Shown: positions 12,340 to 28,099 of the stretch, in pieces | How positions within the stretch are numbered: position 1 is the stretch's first letter | Layout: every line of letters begins with the position of its first letter | Source: Eledone cirrhosa | Lineage: Eukaryota | Direction: 5' to 3' | Length of the DNA stretch: 64,000 nucleotides | NCBI GenBank assembly: GCA_964016885.1 | Contig: OZ024740.1 | Span: forward strand, 93,186,001-93,250,000 | The notes under the pieces: generated by a model | What the model saw: the letters and a program-made list of their open reading frames with translations, nothing else | Database searches by the model: none | What the model was told of the DNA's origin: nothing | Made by a program: the position numbers and the translations under genes

Positions 12340-13690
12340 ACACAATATTTCGTGCCTGGTGGACGCGACCAAGGGTTCCTCGGGTGCGACGCTAGTTGAG
12401 GATTACAAAGCTCTAAACCTACTTGGACTCGAAATAAACTCATCTAAGACCGAGGATATAAATGTTTAACTGCAGAATATTTGTATTCAGCACCAATCCC
12501 TTTTTTTCGGGGGTTAGACTGACGCCCAAAGCCACCGCCTTCATACTCAGCAATCTAATTCTCTGGAAAGCCATACGAGATGTGCTGGCCTCAAAGCACA
12601 TAGACTTGTCATGAATGGCAAATAGACTGCGCCTCATTAACGCTCACCTGCACTCTTAATTTGAGGAACATATTTTCCCTTGCAAAGTTTGTCCCCGCTG
12701 TGCAGAACTCATCTGTAATGATAGTTTCGACATAGCCGGGTGGCAACAGAAAAACCTGCAAGTGAGGTTCGGTGCAAATGATCGGCGATCCGTTTCAAAT
12801 CTGGCTCAGCCGGCCTAGCGCTACTCAATGTTTCCTTGTTGCATGGTTTTCAGCAATCGACCGAACCTGGTGTTGACTCGGGAAATGAACAGGTTATGTC
12901 TGACTGGACTGGCGAATTCTTCTGTCTCCCAGTGACAAAATGTCCAACGCACCTGGGACGGCTTCACGTGCAGGCCTTCCTTCATGAGGATTTAGTCTGT
13001 TTATGATCAGCACCACCATGCCTTACGCTGATCGGCTTCACAGCCAAAGAACAATGCATAGCTACATTTGGTGGCCTCCTCATCAACCGCTACATTTCTT
13101 GATAATATGTATGTATACTCACAGCTGGGTGGCCCAACAACTATGCCTCCACGGCCGAGCTACTATATTGCAGTTGTGGGACCGTCGTTGTTTGAACCGC
13201 AACCACTCTCATACAGCCAGTGGTCAAGCCGATACCCCCAACATGCCGCCCTCAATGGCATTTTGAAAATAAACGGGATGCAGATGGCATCACCTCACAA
13301 ATGTTACAAGGATACTTCGATCGCGAAGACAGCAAGCGCCCCGTCGGAATTACTATCCTCTCATTCGACGAAGGTTTATCCCTCATCGAGACCGCCACAT
13401 GCTATGACACGTTCTCCGCCTCCAACTTAGTATCGTAGGCCATAAACCCTGCAGAGGACATGAAGACAAGGAACTACCGGGGCTTGTCCAGCCGCTTCCT
13501 ATTTGAAGCAGTCGCCTTCGAGACTACAGGTGTCTTTGCATACCGTACTGCCGAGCTGCTCCGTCAAATCGGAACACAGCCTGTCTGAAGAAGCAGTCCC
13601 TCTAGCTGGGATGGCTGTTGCAGTAGGTGTCGCTGATCATTGCCGGGGGAAATGCTCTTTCACATTTGACTTGCAAATTGTATTATAATT
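12340..13690 (+). mobile_element. Decayed CRE-like non-LTR retrotransposon (RT end plus restriction-like endonuclease)
   Basis: Fragments LVDAT..LGLEINSSKTE, WQQKNLQVRFG..RSVSNLAQPA, QHAALNGIL, DSKRPVGIT..ATCYDTF and RFLFEAVAFETTG match CRE-clade motifs (RHAALND, DGKRPDG, WDAT, ETTG). Confidence 0.7.
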
Positions 13691-13949
13691 AATGTTTAAT
13701 TCAATAGAAGCGTACTAGTTATAAAACACTCTTCTGACACTGCCATTTTAATAGGAAACGAAGATAATTTAGTCAAACATAGGTTTAATTTAAATCTATA
13801 CATATTAAAATGAAGAACCGTTGTCTTAGTCACACATATGCCTTGGAATTACCTGATTGAAACTTCTGTTGAATGAATTCAGTGCCGCATGCTCTAGATC
13901 ATTTTCATAAACAATATACTATTTCCTCTGTATATTTGACATAGGAATT

Positions 13950-14900
13950 GGCAGTGAGTCAGATTGAAAACAGGCAATAGAAACATCTAAAACATCATAG
14001 AAAACATGACTAAACTAACTAGAAGAGCAACTTAATGAAACAGACATACAATATGTAATAGGGAGTATGCAAGTATAACAATATACTGCATATCCTCTTG
14101 AAAATGTCCGTATGTATCAATGTACAGTATGGAGTCAGACGATCCGTACATTTGGTAAAATGCACTCAAATTGAGAATATAAAGGAAGAATGGAATATAT
14201 GTCGGGTAAATGCTAGAAATATGGTCACAATCATCAGTGTCATACGCGTTATAACCTGCGGGAAATTCCCATTTTGTAATTCCTCAATTCCCGGGAATTA
14301 TTATACTAGAAATAATAAGTTGGTTGCAGCTGAAGGAGTTAAAATACGATAATTTATTACTGGAGCACAAATTATATTATCTTGTAGAACATGGACCAAT
14401 ACATCATTACCTGGTACATGAGACAACGTTCTGCTTCTATAAACAAAAAGTCGAAAACCTAAAATCAATTCACATATATGCCTGCTGTTCATTGCACACA
14501 TCATGTGGTAGAATTATTTAATGCCATAGCAAAACCATAATAGTATAATTCTGCAAACCGCATATAGTATTACGGCATTCGCCACCATAAAGCCGCATAA
14601 CACACAGAGCATATCTGTATAACACACCAAGAGAAGAGAGAACAGTTATATGAGAAATAAATAAAAGAAAAACAAGTTATCCAAAACAAAACATATAAGA
14701 GGTAGCAGACCACCAATAGTGCACGACAATTCAAAGTGCTACATACATCTCATTAACATTGACTTGCATCAAAGTTTGAGAGAAATCATCATGGAACGGT
14801 TGGAATACTATGACGAAAATACACTTAACTATAGAAAAAAATATATTTATTGACTTAAGATGGTGGAATAGAAATAGAATACTAGTAAATAGAAACTAAT
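13950..14900 (+). mobile_element. Highly decayed R4/Dong-like LINE relic
   Basis: Weak motifs VNARNMVTII and IISWLQLKEL..LLEHK resemble the post-RT region of R4-clade elements. Many stops; boundaries approximate. Confidence 0.3.
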
Positions 14901-15399
14901 TAAAAGGAACTGGAAGTTTGAAATTTCATTTTCGAGAAACAATCAAAAGTAATTTCAGAAATAGATGCCGATGTATTGCTTAAATTATATACAGAGCTTA
15001 ATTAGTTCTTGTATATGGATAGACCATCTGAACCCCCGACCCACGGTATCCGGGAGAGGGGGGATCCTAACAGTGCAGGCAGAGTGGAAGCCAGTGAAAC
15101 CCCATAAACCCCGCACCACAATATTAGCGAAAGGGACGCGTACGCCTAGCCATGGGAGGAAACCCAGTACGCTAGGCGGTCTCAGGGGTGATACTAACCA
15201 CCCCGGGCCCGACGCCCCCGACCACAACAAACTAAGCGTGACTGATAGATGAGTATCCCATTGTAGAACTCTCAGCGTAGGCACATACAACACCATATGT
15301 ACGGGCCGAGAAGCTAGCAAAATACATAACGCCAAAAGTTGAAACCACAATGCGGGAACCAGTAGCAATCCAACAACTCCCCAACAGTCCTCAGCACGC

Positions 15400-16230
15400 T
15401 CAATCCACCCTTATAGTAATAGACTAGCAAAGTTTACGTGGTACAGCCCACCCTACTCTGCGGGCCTAAATACAAGCCTGGTCCGGACATTATTTAGGGC
15501 ACTACATAAATGCTTCCCGAGGGACCACTGATGCCACAAGATATTCAACAGACATACTGTGAAGCTCTTGTCTTCTACCACGCGCAACGTAGGCCAGCAC
15601 ATATCTGGCATCAATAGGAGTAGACTTAGAAACTACACACAACCAGCATATGGTAATATAGGCCCCCAGCAGAGTCATGTGGAGGGAAGGGATGGTGGAC
15701 CCGTTACCCACCCAAACAGACTCAGCGACGCCCTACCGGGCCCAGGGTCAGACCACCTTACACTACGCAAAGGGAACCCTCCGCAATAGGCACCTAGGGC
15801 TCGACCATCTCCTTCAACTACAGAACACCCACATTATGACCGCTTAGTAATGAATGCCTCGTGAATAACCTAGTATACGGATGTAGAGTAAAAAACCCCA
15901 ACTCTGAGCACATTTACATAGGAGCAACATCAACGAAGTTCAAAGACCGATGGTATAACCAACGCCATTCCTTTAGTAGGGAGGGCAGAAGGAAAAGTAC
16001 GGCTCTTTCCGAACTGATCTGGAAGCTGAAGCTGGACAGGACCCGTGCTCTCTGGCCAGGTCCAATATTAGCAAAGTGCCACCTGATAGAAGGCGAACTC
16101 GTATCTGCAACCAATGTCTGAGGGAGACCCTCGATATACTCAATGGTGGGAGCATCCTAATCAACCTCAGGACCGACTTATTTGGTACATGTAGACACCT
16201 CTGGGCCGGAACCTTCCTCAAGTTATATGG
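15400..16230 (+). pseudogene. Naiad-like PLE relic (post-RT region plus GIY-YIG endonuclease)
   Basis: FTWYSPPYS..HKIFNRHTVKL; PLSNECLVNNLVYGC..YIGATSTKFKDRWYNQRHSF..STALSELIWKLK; CNQCLRE..LINLRTDLFGTCRH; with stops and frameshifts. Confidence 0.85.
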
Positions 16231-17476
16231 ATAACAACCCCTTGGGATGGGAACTTCCTTCAAGCTATAGGGAGAGCATCCCCGTCACAGCAAGCCCAAG
16301 GCAAACCACCCCCTACAAACTGCCCACCTCTACTCGCGCCTCGATCGAATCGTTTAGCAACACACATACCTAGCAGTTAAAACCCTCTGTGGTCAACCCC
16401 TCTCTCTCACTTCCTTAACCGAAACTCAAGTTAGCTGACACTAGATGATATAAATAGAGGAAGTACGTCGGTGGATTCCTATCCTCTGTGCAAAAAGGCA
16501 CACCAAGTTTCTGACCAGCGGGCCCTAACGCCCAACCCCGGCTTGTGATCCGAATACCCAGAGTATATCCTGCCTCGAACACGACCCCCTTCGCACGCAG
16601 GAGTCAGGGATAAATACCACAAGTAAATAGGGCGCGCCTATTACTACCACCTACCCCCCTCCCCGACTGCATAGGTGACTTTGACCTGTGTCCGTGTGGG
16701 TGTATCCACATATGGGCGTATATGTAATCATGTGTATGCGTGCATGTAGGCTTGTATGTTACTGTGTAGACTTAATATGGGCATGCACCTGATCCTGTGT
16801 GTGTGTGTGTTCGTGTGTAATTGCAACGATGTGCGTTGACAAACATACACGCATATGTACTTTATGCTGATATAAGAATTCTAATCCTTTACAACTCTGG
16901 ATTTTGACGCACAGGATTTTTTGGTATTTTTCACTCGACTCTTGCCTAATTTGTTTTTAAAACGCATCCATCTTTTGTTAGGTGGACGTAAATAGGTGAA
17001 TGCACACGAGCCTGTGTTTATACGCGTGAACGCGTAACGGTGCGCGGTGACGGACAATCACACGCACGAACTCCATACTAAATGCTAGAATAAGAATTGT
17101 AAATATTTACCTTCCTCGATTCTGACACATAGGTTTTCTTTTATTTCAGTTTATATTTATACAAAATTGTTGATATCAGTTGTAACAGACATTCATTCTT
17201 TATTTGTTTGGCATTCCCCACCACGTGAAATGGTGGCAGGATAGTTACCTGTCTACACACATAAATTCTTCTGACTATAGCAGCAGAAAAAAATAGAGAA
17301 TATATTTATTTGCCGTTGTGCTGCCAATTGATGCCGAAAGCCACTGCCCCGCATCTCCGGTCAAGAGGGAGACAGCAACAGGATAATAACATCGACCCCG
17401 CATCTTTGGTAAAGGAAGGCACTCGAGCCTCAGCATACTGCCTGGCAGCCCGAGCTGGTAGCAGTTTCATCTCCAC

Positions 17477-17781
17477 CACCATTAACAAGGGGAAGGCAAC
17501 GACAACAACAGTGACATTAATATCAACAACACACATGTGTATACATCAACATCTCACCAGCAATCTTCACCATTAACAAGAGGAAGGCAACGACAACAAC
17601 AGTGACATTAATATCAACAACACACACGTGTATACATCAACATCTCACCAGCAATTTTCACCATTAACAAGAGGAAGGCAACGCCAACAACAGTGACATT
17701 AATATCAACAACACACATGCGTATACATCAACATCTCACCAGCAATGTTCACCATTAACAGGAGGAAGGCTACGACGACAG
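17477..17781. repeat. 91 bp minisatellite, ~3.3 copies
   Basis: CATTAACA recurs at 17480, 17571, 17662 and 17753. Confidence 0.92.
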
Positions 17782-18179
17782 CATACTAAAGTTTACCTAC
17801 TATCTCACCTCTTAACACGACTACCACTACAAATACAGTGAAGTGGGTTAGTTGTACTTAAACATTCCGACAAAAACAATTATAACAGGCTGACCTGCCT
17901 CACAAGAATTTCTATAGACTTTGACTGATGAATGGTTTCACAACTGACCAGTGGGATACGAGCGTGTCCTGTGACGCAGAAATTCGTTTGTTCTACCTCA
18001 TACGTTTTCAGTTCCTCGGACTAACAATACATCCAGGAGCTGGACATATCGATGTATTGAGAGAGTGAAACACTTCAACAACATGCGTACCTGCCATTAA
18101 TAGCTGTCACCGAAATATATATAGCAGTAGATCCATAATTAATAATAAAGGAAGCCAAATTTTACATATATGACTTACT

Positions 18180-18221
<42 letters not shown>

Positions 18222-18223
<2 letters not shown>

Positions 18224-18985
18224 CAGGGACTGCGATGGACAGGAAAGTAGCCCCCTCATAAGCCAACCTTGTCATGGGATATTTGAAAACCACCATCTAT
18301 CGCAAAGTTCTAGACAAATACGGTAAACACTTCTACCTGAACATAGAAAAAACTGGAACAGATATCTGGACGATTGCTTCATCATCTGGCATGAAAGTAT
18401 AGCAAGACTGATTGAGTGTAAAACCCTTCTAAATCGACTCAACACAAATTTACAATTTACGATGGATTACAGCCATGCACAACTCCCTTTCCTCGACATC
18501 GTCATCAGGAAAACAAACAACAAAATAGAAACAGACATATACTCCAAACCAACAGACTCGAAACAATATCTACCATTTAACTCGTGCCACCCTCGCCGTA
18601 CCAAAATGGCAATTCCTTATAACCTAACCAGAAAGATCTGAACAATAGTTTCAGATAAATTCACATGCCACACACTAGAAGAATTAAAGAACACACTTCT
18701 CAGCAGATATTACTCACCACCCTAATCAACAATGGATTCCTGCGCTCCCTAAAACTCAACATCCAGGAACTCAGACATCCCAAACCCAGGAATGAACTGC
18801 AACAGAAATCTCTACCATACATCTCCACACACAACCCCCTCAACAATGAGGCATTCGACACCATCCTCCAGAACATTTATTTACTAAAAAGACACCCAAG
18901 AATGAACAAAATCCTCCAAACACACAGAGCAAAAGACAACCTAATCCATGAACAAAATCCTCAATACAATTCCCCCCTTTGTTAA
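18222..18985 (+). pseudogene. PLE (Neptune-like) RT fragment
   Basis: SGTAM..AP..ANLVMGY, WNRYLDDCFIIW, QFTM..QLPFLDI, TDIYSKPTDSKQYL.FNSCHP, YISTHNP. Homologous to 20.7-22.2 kb; begins at (TA)n. Confidence 0.88.
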
Positions 18986-19202
18986 TGCATAAAATACTGA
19001 AAACGGTAATAGACAATTATTAAATATATAAATAAATAAATAAATGTCATTGTTAATTAATAAATATATTAACTAATGACTTAACACTTCACACAAAGTA
19101 AAATATTTTGTCTTAAACATTTTCTAACCCACAAAAGTGAGGAATAAATTAAAAGGGAATAAAACATATTTTTCTTCCTAATAATCGTCTGTTTCTCCCC
19201 AT

Positions 19203-19246
<44 letters not shown>

Positions 19247-19289
19247 AAAAAGAGATGAAATCGAAAATGCAATAGGAGTCTTATTTTTT

Positions 19290-19760
19290 TTAAAAATATA
19301 TATATTTATTTGGTTCCTTTACCGCTTTCGCAGTTCTTCTGCTTTTCAAAAGGTGAGTTGAGATGGAGGGTCTGTGGTTTTTCTCACATCTGGTTGGTCT
19401 CTGAATGTTACTTGTTTTATATGGAAAAAGTGGCTCTAAATGCCAGGTTTTTCGAGAAGTCATTTGATTGGTTTGTAAATAATTATAATACATTTCGCGC
19501 CAGTTCGCGTTACGATAGTTCTTCAAATAAGAGGGGGGGGGGGGGGGGGTTGTCACAGGTTGTTTTTTCATATATGAGTGTTTGAATTTCTTTTTACTTG
19601 AAAAAAGGAGGCTCACGAAGGCTTTTTTGGGGTTGGTTATAAATGAAATTTGGCTGTCACGTGAACAAGTTTTCATTACATTTTTGAGCCCTTATTTGGA
19701 AAACTATTCTGTAGTCTTTATAGTGAATGTTATGACAATGGAAAGATAGTGGTCAAGAGA
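19290..19760 (-). pseudogene. Decayed PLE C-terminal fragment
   Basis: Weak similarity to the PLE linker/endonuclease region; frameshifted. Confidence 0.35.
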
Positions 19761-20339
19761 AAAGGGATTGGGAGAATTGTTCTGGATCAGTGAATATGGT
19801 TAGTTCGCTGGGGTTTCAGAGTTCTGATTTTCTATTGAAGTGAAGATATGCATGTTTATGTGTGTGCTTGTGTGTGTGTATGTGTGTGTGCGTATATGTG
19901 TATTGGAAGATGATTCTATTAGTAGAGATGGGGGAGGGAGTTGTGTGTGTGTGTATATGGGTGTTATGTGTGTGTGTGCGAGTATGTTAAGATGGAGAGA
20001 ATATATATTTTGTGTGTGTGTATATAAATATGTGTGTAGGAAAGTGGTTCTATTAGTAGAAATGGGGAGGGAGTTGTAGGTGTGGGGGTTGTTATGTGTG
20101 TGTATGGGTGTTATGTGTGTGGGAGTATGGTTAGCATGTTAAGATGAAGAGAATATATATATATATATATATATATATTGTGTCTGTGTGTATGTGTGTC
20201 TGTAGGAAAGTGATTCCTTTAGTAGGAATATTTTTGAATGAACATATTTTACTTACTTATTCGTGTTTGCTGTTGTATTGTCAGTGCAAACGTATGTTAA
20301 GGTTTATTTAGTTCGGGTTTTTATTTTCTGAAGTAGAAG

Positions 20340-23300
20340 GTGTTATGTGTGTGTGTGTATGTCATATTATGGTGTTGAATATTTTTGAATAAACATATTT
20401 TCCTTATTTACTCGCATTTGTTCTGTTGTATTGTTAGCGCAAAGGTAAAATGGGAAGACTTGGAATTTCGGTGTCTTATTACTTGCGCAAATGTCTAGAT
20501 GTGCACTTAGTGGTATCTGTCTCGTGGTTGGATCTCGTAATTGTTGGCGATGAACTGTCATTCTGTTTCTGAGTGTGAGTTTAGTTTGTCCTATATAAGC
20601 TTCATTGCATCCTTTATATTTAATGGCATAAACTAGATTTTTTGATGAGCAAGTGAAGTGATTTTTTACAGTAAAATTGTGTCCTGATTTAAATGTATAC
20701 CTGTTGCCTTCAATGAGGTGAGTGCAGGTTCCACAATTAGAGCGACCACATTTGTTGATACCTGGTTGTGGGTTTGTGGTAGGTAATTTGGCATTGGTAA
20801 TTTGGCAATGTTTTCAGTGATTTTGGTTGTCTTTTGCTTTCGATTATTTTGTGTGTTTCAAGGGCTTTTTTCATTCTTGGGTTTTGTTTTAGTAGTGGGA
20901 TGTTATTGTGAATAGTGTTGTAAGCTTCCGCATTTATTGGGTTGTGTGTTGAGATATATGATAGAATATTGGACGTACCTTGAATTTGTTTCTGTTTCCG
21001 TAATTCATCAATGCCTATTACTTTAGCCCTTTCTATTCCATTATTTATTAGTAATAGTGGGTACTCTCTCTCGAGTAGAATTTCCTTTAATTCTTGAAGT
21101 CTTTTATTTCGAGTTTCATAATTGGAGACAATTGTGCACATTCTTCTTGCTAGGTTAAAAGGAATGTTATTCTTCGTGTGCTTTGGATGGTTGGAGGTGA
21201 ATAACAGATATTGTTTGGAATCTGTTGGTTTGTAGTGTATGTCAGTTTCGATATGTGTGTCTTTTTTTAAGATTAAGATGTCCAGAAATGGGAGTTGATC
21301 TTGGCTGTATTACATTGTGAATTGGATGTGGTTATTGATGCCGTTTATTAAGTTTTTGAAATCCTTCAGTTCGTCGAGTGTGTGGGACCAATCATCCAAG
21401 TAGCGTTTCCAATTCTCTGATAAATATTTGTGGAAGTTTAATCCGTATTTTGATTTGGACTGTTCATATATCTGGACTTCTAAGTATGCTATGACTAAGT
21501 TGGCATAAGTTGGAGTGGCTTTTGTACCTATCGCAGTCCCCGATATTTGCTTGTAAGTATTGCCATCGAAATCAAAAAAGTTGTTCTGTAGGATGAATTT
21601 TAATCCCTCGGTGATGAAGCTTTTTTCTAATCTGTCAGATATCACATTGGGATATTTCTCTAGCCAGAATCCTATTGCTTCTAGTCCGTATTGGTGTGGG
21701 ATCGTTGTGTAGAGATTCACTACATCGAAAGACACAATAATAGTGTCGTTGTTGATATGTTTGGGGAGGTGGTTTAAGAGGGCCAGATCGTCTCTTACAA
21801 GGCTTGGTATGTGTTTCAGTATTGGTTTCAGTAGTATGTCTATAAAGTTGCTCAATCTGTGTGTTTTACATTGTGGGCCCGCTACAATTGGTCTTAATTT
21901 AAGGTATGTGTTGTATCGTGTGTTCACGCAGGCTGAGGTGGATTGTTTACAGGCATCGTTGATTATTTTACACTTGTGGATCTTCGGAAGTCCGTAAAGG
22001 TTGCTGGTTTTGTATTCAAAATTTGTTAAATAATCGCGTACCTTTTTAGTTAGGTCTTCCTGATATCGATAAATCAGTGTGTTTAATTTGGTCATTATTT
22101 TTGATTGCTGATCGTTTTTTACTCTTTCATAGTAATTAGTATTTTGTAAGAGAGAGAACATAGAACTTTTATATTTTGCAGCCTCCATAATGACAACAGT
22201 ACTTCCCTTGTCCGCTTCCTTAATTATAATGTCCGTATTGTTTTTTAGTTCATGGATAATCTCCCATTCCCTTCGACTTGTGTTGAGTCTGGGTTTAGGT
22301 ATGGGAAGGTAGATATATGGTCACACCATTTTTCCAGAACTCTGTTTTTACCTTTTGTTGGGTTGTAGCTACTTTTATTCCGTACAATTGATTCGTCGTT
22401 ATTCTCCTTGTCAAAGAATTACTCTGTGAGACGTAATTTTCTACAGAAGTGTGAGATATCGTCATTTATCTCGTTGGGGTTAGGGTATTGTAGTGTCGGT
22501 GTGAATTTCAGACCTTTGGAGATAATTTTTACTTGTTGGGAGAGAGGTTTGTATTTGAAATGTTAATTATTTTCGGTTTTTCAAAATCGGTTTGTGCCAC
22601 CGGGTATCGTGAGTCCTGTAGCCTTGGTCTAAAAAAATGATTTTTCTGGAATGTTTTTTCATTGGTATTATCATATCTAATGGTATTTCCCCTGTTGTTG
22701 TGTGGTCTTGTATAGAAGTTTCGGACGTATTGAGGTTCGGTTTGTTGATAGTCCAAGTTGTAGATTTGGTTCCTTTGTGTGGGTTGGGATCTACGGTTTT
22801 GGAACAGGCTCTGTGTGGGCAGGGGTCTACGGTTTTGGAATAGGTTTTGTGTGGGTTGTGATCTGCGGATCAGGTCCTGCCTTGTGTTCGGGGATCTTTG
22901 GTTTTTGTTAGTAGGGTTATAGTTTTGTCTATGGTTTCTGGGATTATCGTTATAGTTTTGCTGGGGGTATGTTGGACGTTTTGTTACTTTTTTTGTTATT
23001 TGTTGTGCATGTGGTGTGTGAGTTTTAGTTTGTTTTAAAAATGGGTTACCTGTATGTTGTTCATTTTTGAAGTCCATTTCGTAGTTGTTGAACCAGGTGG
23101 CGTTTTTTTCCCATCGCTGGAGGGATGTTAGTTCTTCATCCTCACAGTTTTCTTTCCAAAGTGTTAGGTTTTTTTTATAGAGTAGGCCTTCAGAGTGCTT
23201 TGAGATTTCTGTGTCCATCTGTTGGTTGAGTGACTTGAATTTTTCTTCGTTGGAGTTGGCTCTTCATCGCAACAGTTCTATTTCTGTTTTACATTTTTCC

Positions 23301-23750
23301 AATGCCATCTTTTCCCTAAGTCTTTGTTGGTATTCTGGTTCATTCGGGATGGGTTTTATTTGGAAATTTTTGGGGAGGATGATTGGGGTAGAGTTTAGCC
23401 ACTTTTCATATATGTCTGCCTTGCCATTATTTTTTAGGAGATTCCAAAGCGCGAATTTGTGGGCTGTGAGCTTTTGAGTCCATATGATGATTAGGGTGCT
23501 TTTCACTAGTGGACATCTCGTAGATTGGCTTCTAACGGTTGTTCCATTTTTGGAGCGTTGCTGTTTCAATGGTTTCGATTAGCTTATTTAATACTGGAGT
23601 AATATTCGTCTCTTGGGTATTTTCTGTTTCTTCGTGGGGTCTTTTTTTTATAGATGTGTATTTGGTCCACTTTGTTGGTCAAAATTGAGAGTTTAGAGGA
23701 AATCTCTTTGAGTTCATTTAATATGTCCTGGTTCAGTGAGTTGTTGTTTT
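20340..23750 (-). mobile_element. Near full-length Neptune-like Penelope element (N-terminal region, RT, Zn knuckle, GIY-YIG), frameshifted
   Basis: ORF pieces 23264-23569, 22529-23218, 21310-22188 (LYGLPKIHK, LRPIVAG, SFDVVNLYTTIP, SGTAIG, RYLDD), 20737-21141, and 20367-20750 (CGRSNCGTC, NLVYAI..EAYIGQT..RMTVH). Confidence 0.92.
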
Positions 23751-23753
23751 GTT

Positions 23754-24766
<1,013 letters not shown>

Positions 24767-24820
24767 ATTTAAAACTCCACTATCCACAAGTGTTTTTTAG
24801 CCTTCATATCATGTTCTCCT

Positions 24821-24889
24821 GTTTTATCTGATGAAAACACAAATATTATTGCATGATGATGTTTGTTTTTGAAATGCGCATAATAAAAT
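24821..24889 (+). ncRNA. Minimal type I hammerhead ribozyme in a ~165 bp insert between two (TA)n tracts
   Basis: GTTTTAT-CTGATGA-AAAC..GTTT-GAAA-TGCGCA-TA-ATAAAAT; palindromic stem III AUGCGCAU. Confidence 0.82.
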
Positions 24890-24924
24890 ACATGGAACTC
24901 CTTTAACCATCTTTTGATCTTATA

Positions 24925-24982
<58 letters not shown>

Positions 24983-26050
24983 AAGATGAATATAAAATGA
25001 AAGTGCTTTTATAAAGGAATTTATTAGGTGTTGATATTTTTCTGTAACAGACGGAATATCTATGTATCGCTGCTTGCGTATTCATATAATGTTAGCAAGT
25101 ATTCGATAGCAAATGTATAATCAGTTGTCACTTCTTCAGAGCTATTGGATAAATTGTAAAAAAATCAGTATTTATATTAGTTGTAAGAAAGGAAGAAGAG
25201 AAGGAATAGTATATGACAGATGACAATTCAATTTGTTGGTAAACAACTACATAGAAGGTTTTTAATGAGAATACAATGAGTATATGGCTTATTGTATCTA
25301 AATAAGAATTTTTGGGTGTGCCTAGTTTAATCTATATTTGACCAATTGAACAATGGACAGGGCTGGTCGTTTGGTGTAGTAGTATTAATACAGATATAAA
25401 GTGTCCAGTAAGGAAGAGAGATATTTTCACTGATACTTTATAACACCAATGCTGGTAGCCTGCTGGTATATGCATTATCTTAATTCAATTCCCTAATGCA
25501 TATACCAGCAGAACCCCTCTTGTTTATTTATTTATTTCATTTGATTTTTACAACCCCTCCTTTTTACTGTCATACATTTAACACATACACACCCACCATC
25601 TTCATTCTGTCCAACTATAATAACCGCCTTCCCTTATTTTTACACAGATCACTTTATAAACACATACCTTTTATACATATCTATTTATAAACATTTAACT
25701 TCAACCACAACTATTCATGTATACACTTTTTTCTCCCCACCTATTCATTTCATATTATTTTAGTTATACCCTCCCCCATACACACAATGTTTTAAGTATA
25801 TAAACGTTTTTTTTTATTTGTCATTTTTATAATTAATTGTGTTTCCTCACTTAGTTCCTTTATAATAATATCTGTCTTAAGTATGTCTATACCTATACAT
25901 ACATTTGTATGCGTGTGTACAATGCGTGTACATGTACGTGTGTGTTCGTATATTTATGTATATGCATGTATGTATATGTGGGTGTTTGTATATATGTATG
26001 TGCATGTACATTTATAAGGTTGTATATTGGGCGCATGTGTGTATGTCTAC

Positions 26051-26173
<123 letters not shown>

Positions 26174-26375
26174 GATGGATATATATATTATTGTATAACT
26201 ATAATTATCATTTTTTACCTGTAATTCATTACTTGTATTCATGTCCTTTTATTGTATTGCGCGTGGGTCTGTGTGTATATCTTTACGTGTTTTTGCGTTC
26301 TCGTTTGTGTCTGTATATATATGCATGTGAATATATGTATGTGTGTATACATTAATTTGTACACACACACTCGCG

Positions 26376-26476
<101 letters not shown>

Positions 26477-26519
26477 GTGTGTATGTGTGCATGTGTATGT
26501 AACAACATGATAATAACAT

Positions 26520-26690
26520 AACATACAATCGTATTTGAAGCTTACTGTCCAGGGCTAACTCCCACACGGGAGGACGCCGTCCGTGTAACTTTACTAGGAG
26601 GAAACAATATAAATGCTGTTTACGAAGGACCAACTCCTAAACAAAAAAGACGAACTTCTAATTGCATGTTAACACCGATTGCGTAGGACT
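26520..26690 (+). pseudogene. Naiad-like endonuclease C-terminal remnant
   Basis: LLSRANSHTGGRRPCNF..DQLLNKKDELLIAC.HR matches the C-terminus seen at 63.1-63.3 kb. Confidence 0.6.
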
Positions 26691-26947
26691 TACCTCGCCC
26701 ACAAACCCCCTCATGACCCAGGTGGGTATGCAATGGCTGCAGGATCCTTCTTATCCCCACTTGTCGAACAAGATAGGGGAAACCCTAGCATACATAGGTA
26801 GATGTATTAATCTTGTTTTTCCCTTCATATCTTCTTATCATTACGTTCCACTCCCTCTCCTCTTCCTTCTTCCTTTTCCTATTTCGCCTATCCTGGTGCA
26901 GCACATCGGGCTTTTGTAGTCTCAGTACCCCCACCCCAGTAAATTCT

Positions 26948-27060
26948 ATATAGCATTGACATGAAAGGCAATACCAGCTAAACATATAGCATTGGCCGAA
27001 AACGCAATACCAGCTAAAAATAGAGCATTGGCCGAAAAGGCAATACCAGGTAAAAATATA
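26948..27060. repeat. 36 bp tandem repeat, ~3 copies
   Basis: Unit ATATAGCATTGGCCGAAAAGGCAATACCAGCTAAAA. Confidence 0.88.
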
Positions 27061-27802
27061 ACAGCTGCTTTACACTTAATTTTTTAATTATTATTTACTA
27101 TTTTATTTGTTTATTATTTTTATTTATTATCTTTTAATATGAATTTATTAACCTTTTAAATGTTATACCGTCCCCCACTCCGATTCCCTCAGAATTCTTT
27201 TCGCCTGCTTTTTAACTAGCCTAATTTCATACACACTCCTTAGAATTTGCTGTCAACGCTTGACCGGCTCCATCCACTCCCACATTGTTCTACAGGCAAG
27301 TTCAGCCACCACCACCTCCCACCCACCGCCATGAAAGATTTGATTGTGTTTACAAGAAATTTTGACCAATCCTTTTGACAACCACAATATTCCCATATAA
27401 GGAACTACCCCTTGAATATTTCGGCTATTTATTACCACGGTAAACATTCTTATTTAGTCCAGAAATACCCGTCGACAGGGCTGTGAGCTCTGCCCTCGGG
27501 GTTAATCATTTACCTATTACCCACTATACTACCCTAACCATTGAGTACTCTGGTGCCCATCTGGTGCCCATCTGGTTTCTTACCACACATCCTTCGGTAT
27601 ATATATATATATTTCGTTTCTGAATTTGTTTAGCAAGATTCTTTATCTGAAATCGTGTGTTGAAACCGATATTCTTATACTTTGGGAGGGTCATGTTGCC
27701 AATAAGAAACACACGCACCAGTTGCTTTCACTTCAATTTATTATAATAAATTTATAAATTTAGGAATAAATCTATACATTTCTGGTTGGTTGGTTGGTTC
27801 CA

Positions 27803-27871
27803 CAACCAGATAGTTGTTTATATATTGCGAAAGTTATTTCGTCACACATTATGTGACCTCTTCAGTGACTG
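27803..27871 (-). ncRNA. Probable hammerhead ribozyme in a PLE 3' region (pLTR)
   Basis: CAGTCA-CTGAAGA-gGTCACataatgtGTGAC-GAAA-TA..TA-TC-TGGTTG; stem I has two GU pairs, stem III is weak. Confidence 0.6.
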
Positions 27872-28099
27872 GGGATTATTTTCTTTGAATTTGTGCCACT
27901 CCTTTGTTCTGTCCTACGCCATTTTGTTTCTCTGTGTGTGTCGTGTGCTCAGTCTGCGCATGCGCCACATCCGGGTGTCTGTGTGTGTTTATGTTCATTT
28001 ATTTATTTGTTTATTTACATGTTACTGGTTGATTGTTTGTTCTATGTGTGTGTGTGTTTTCATTTTGTCCTTAATTGTAAGTTGTGATGTTGCTGTTCC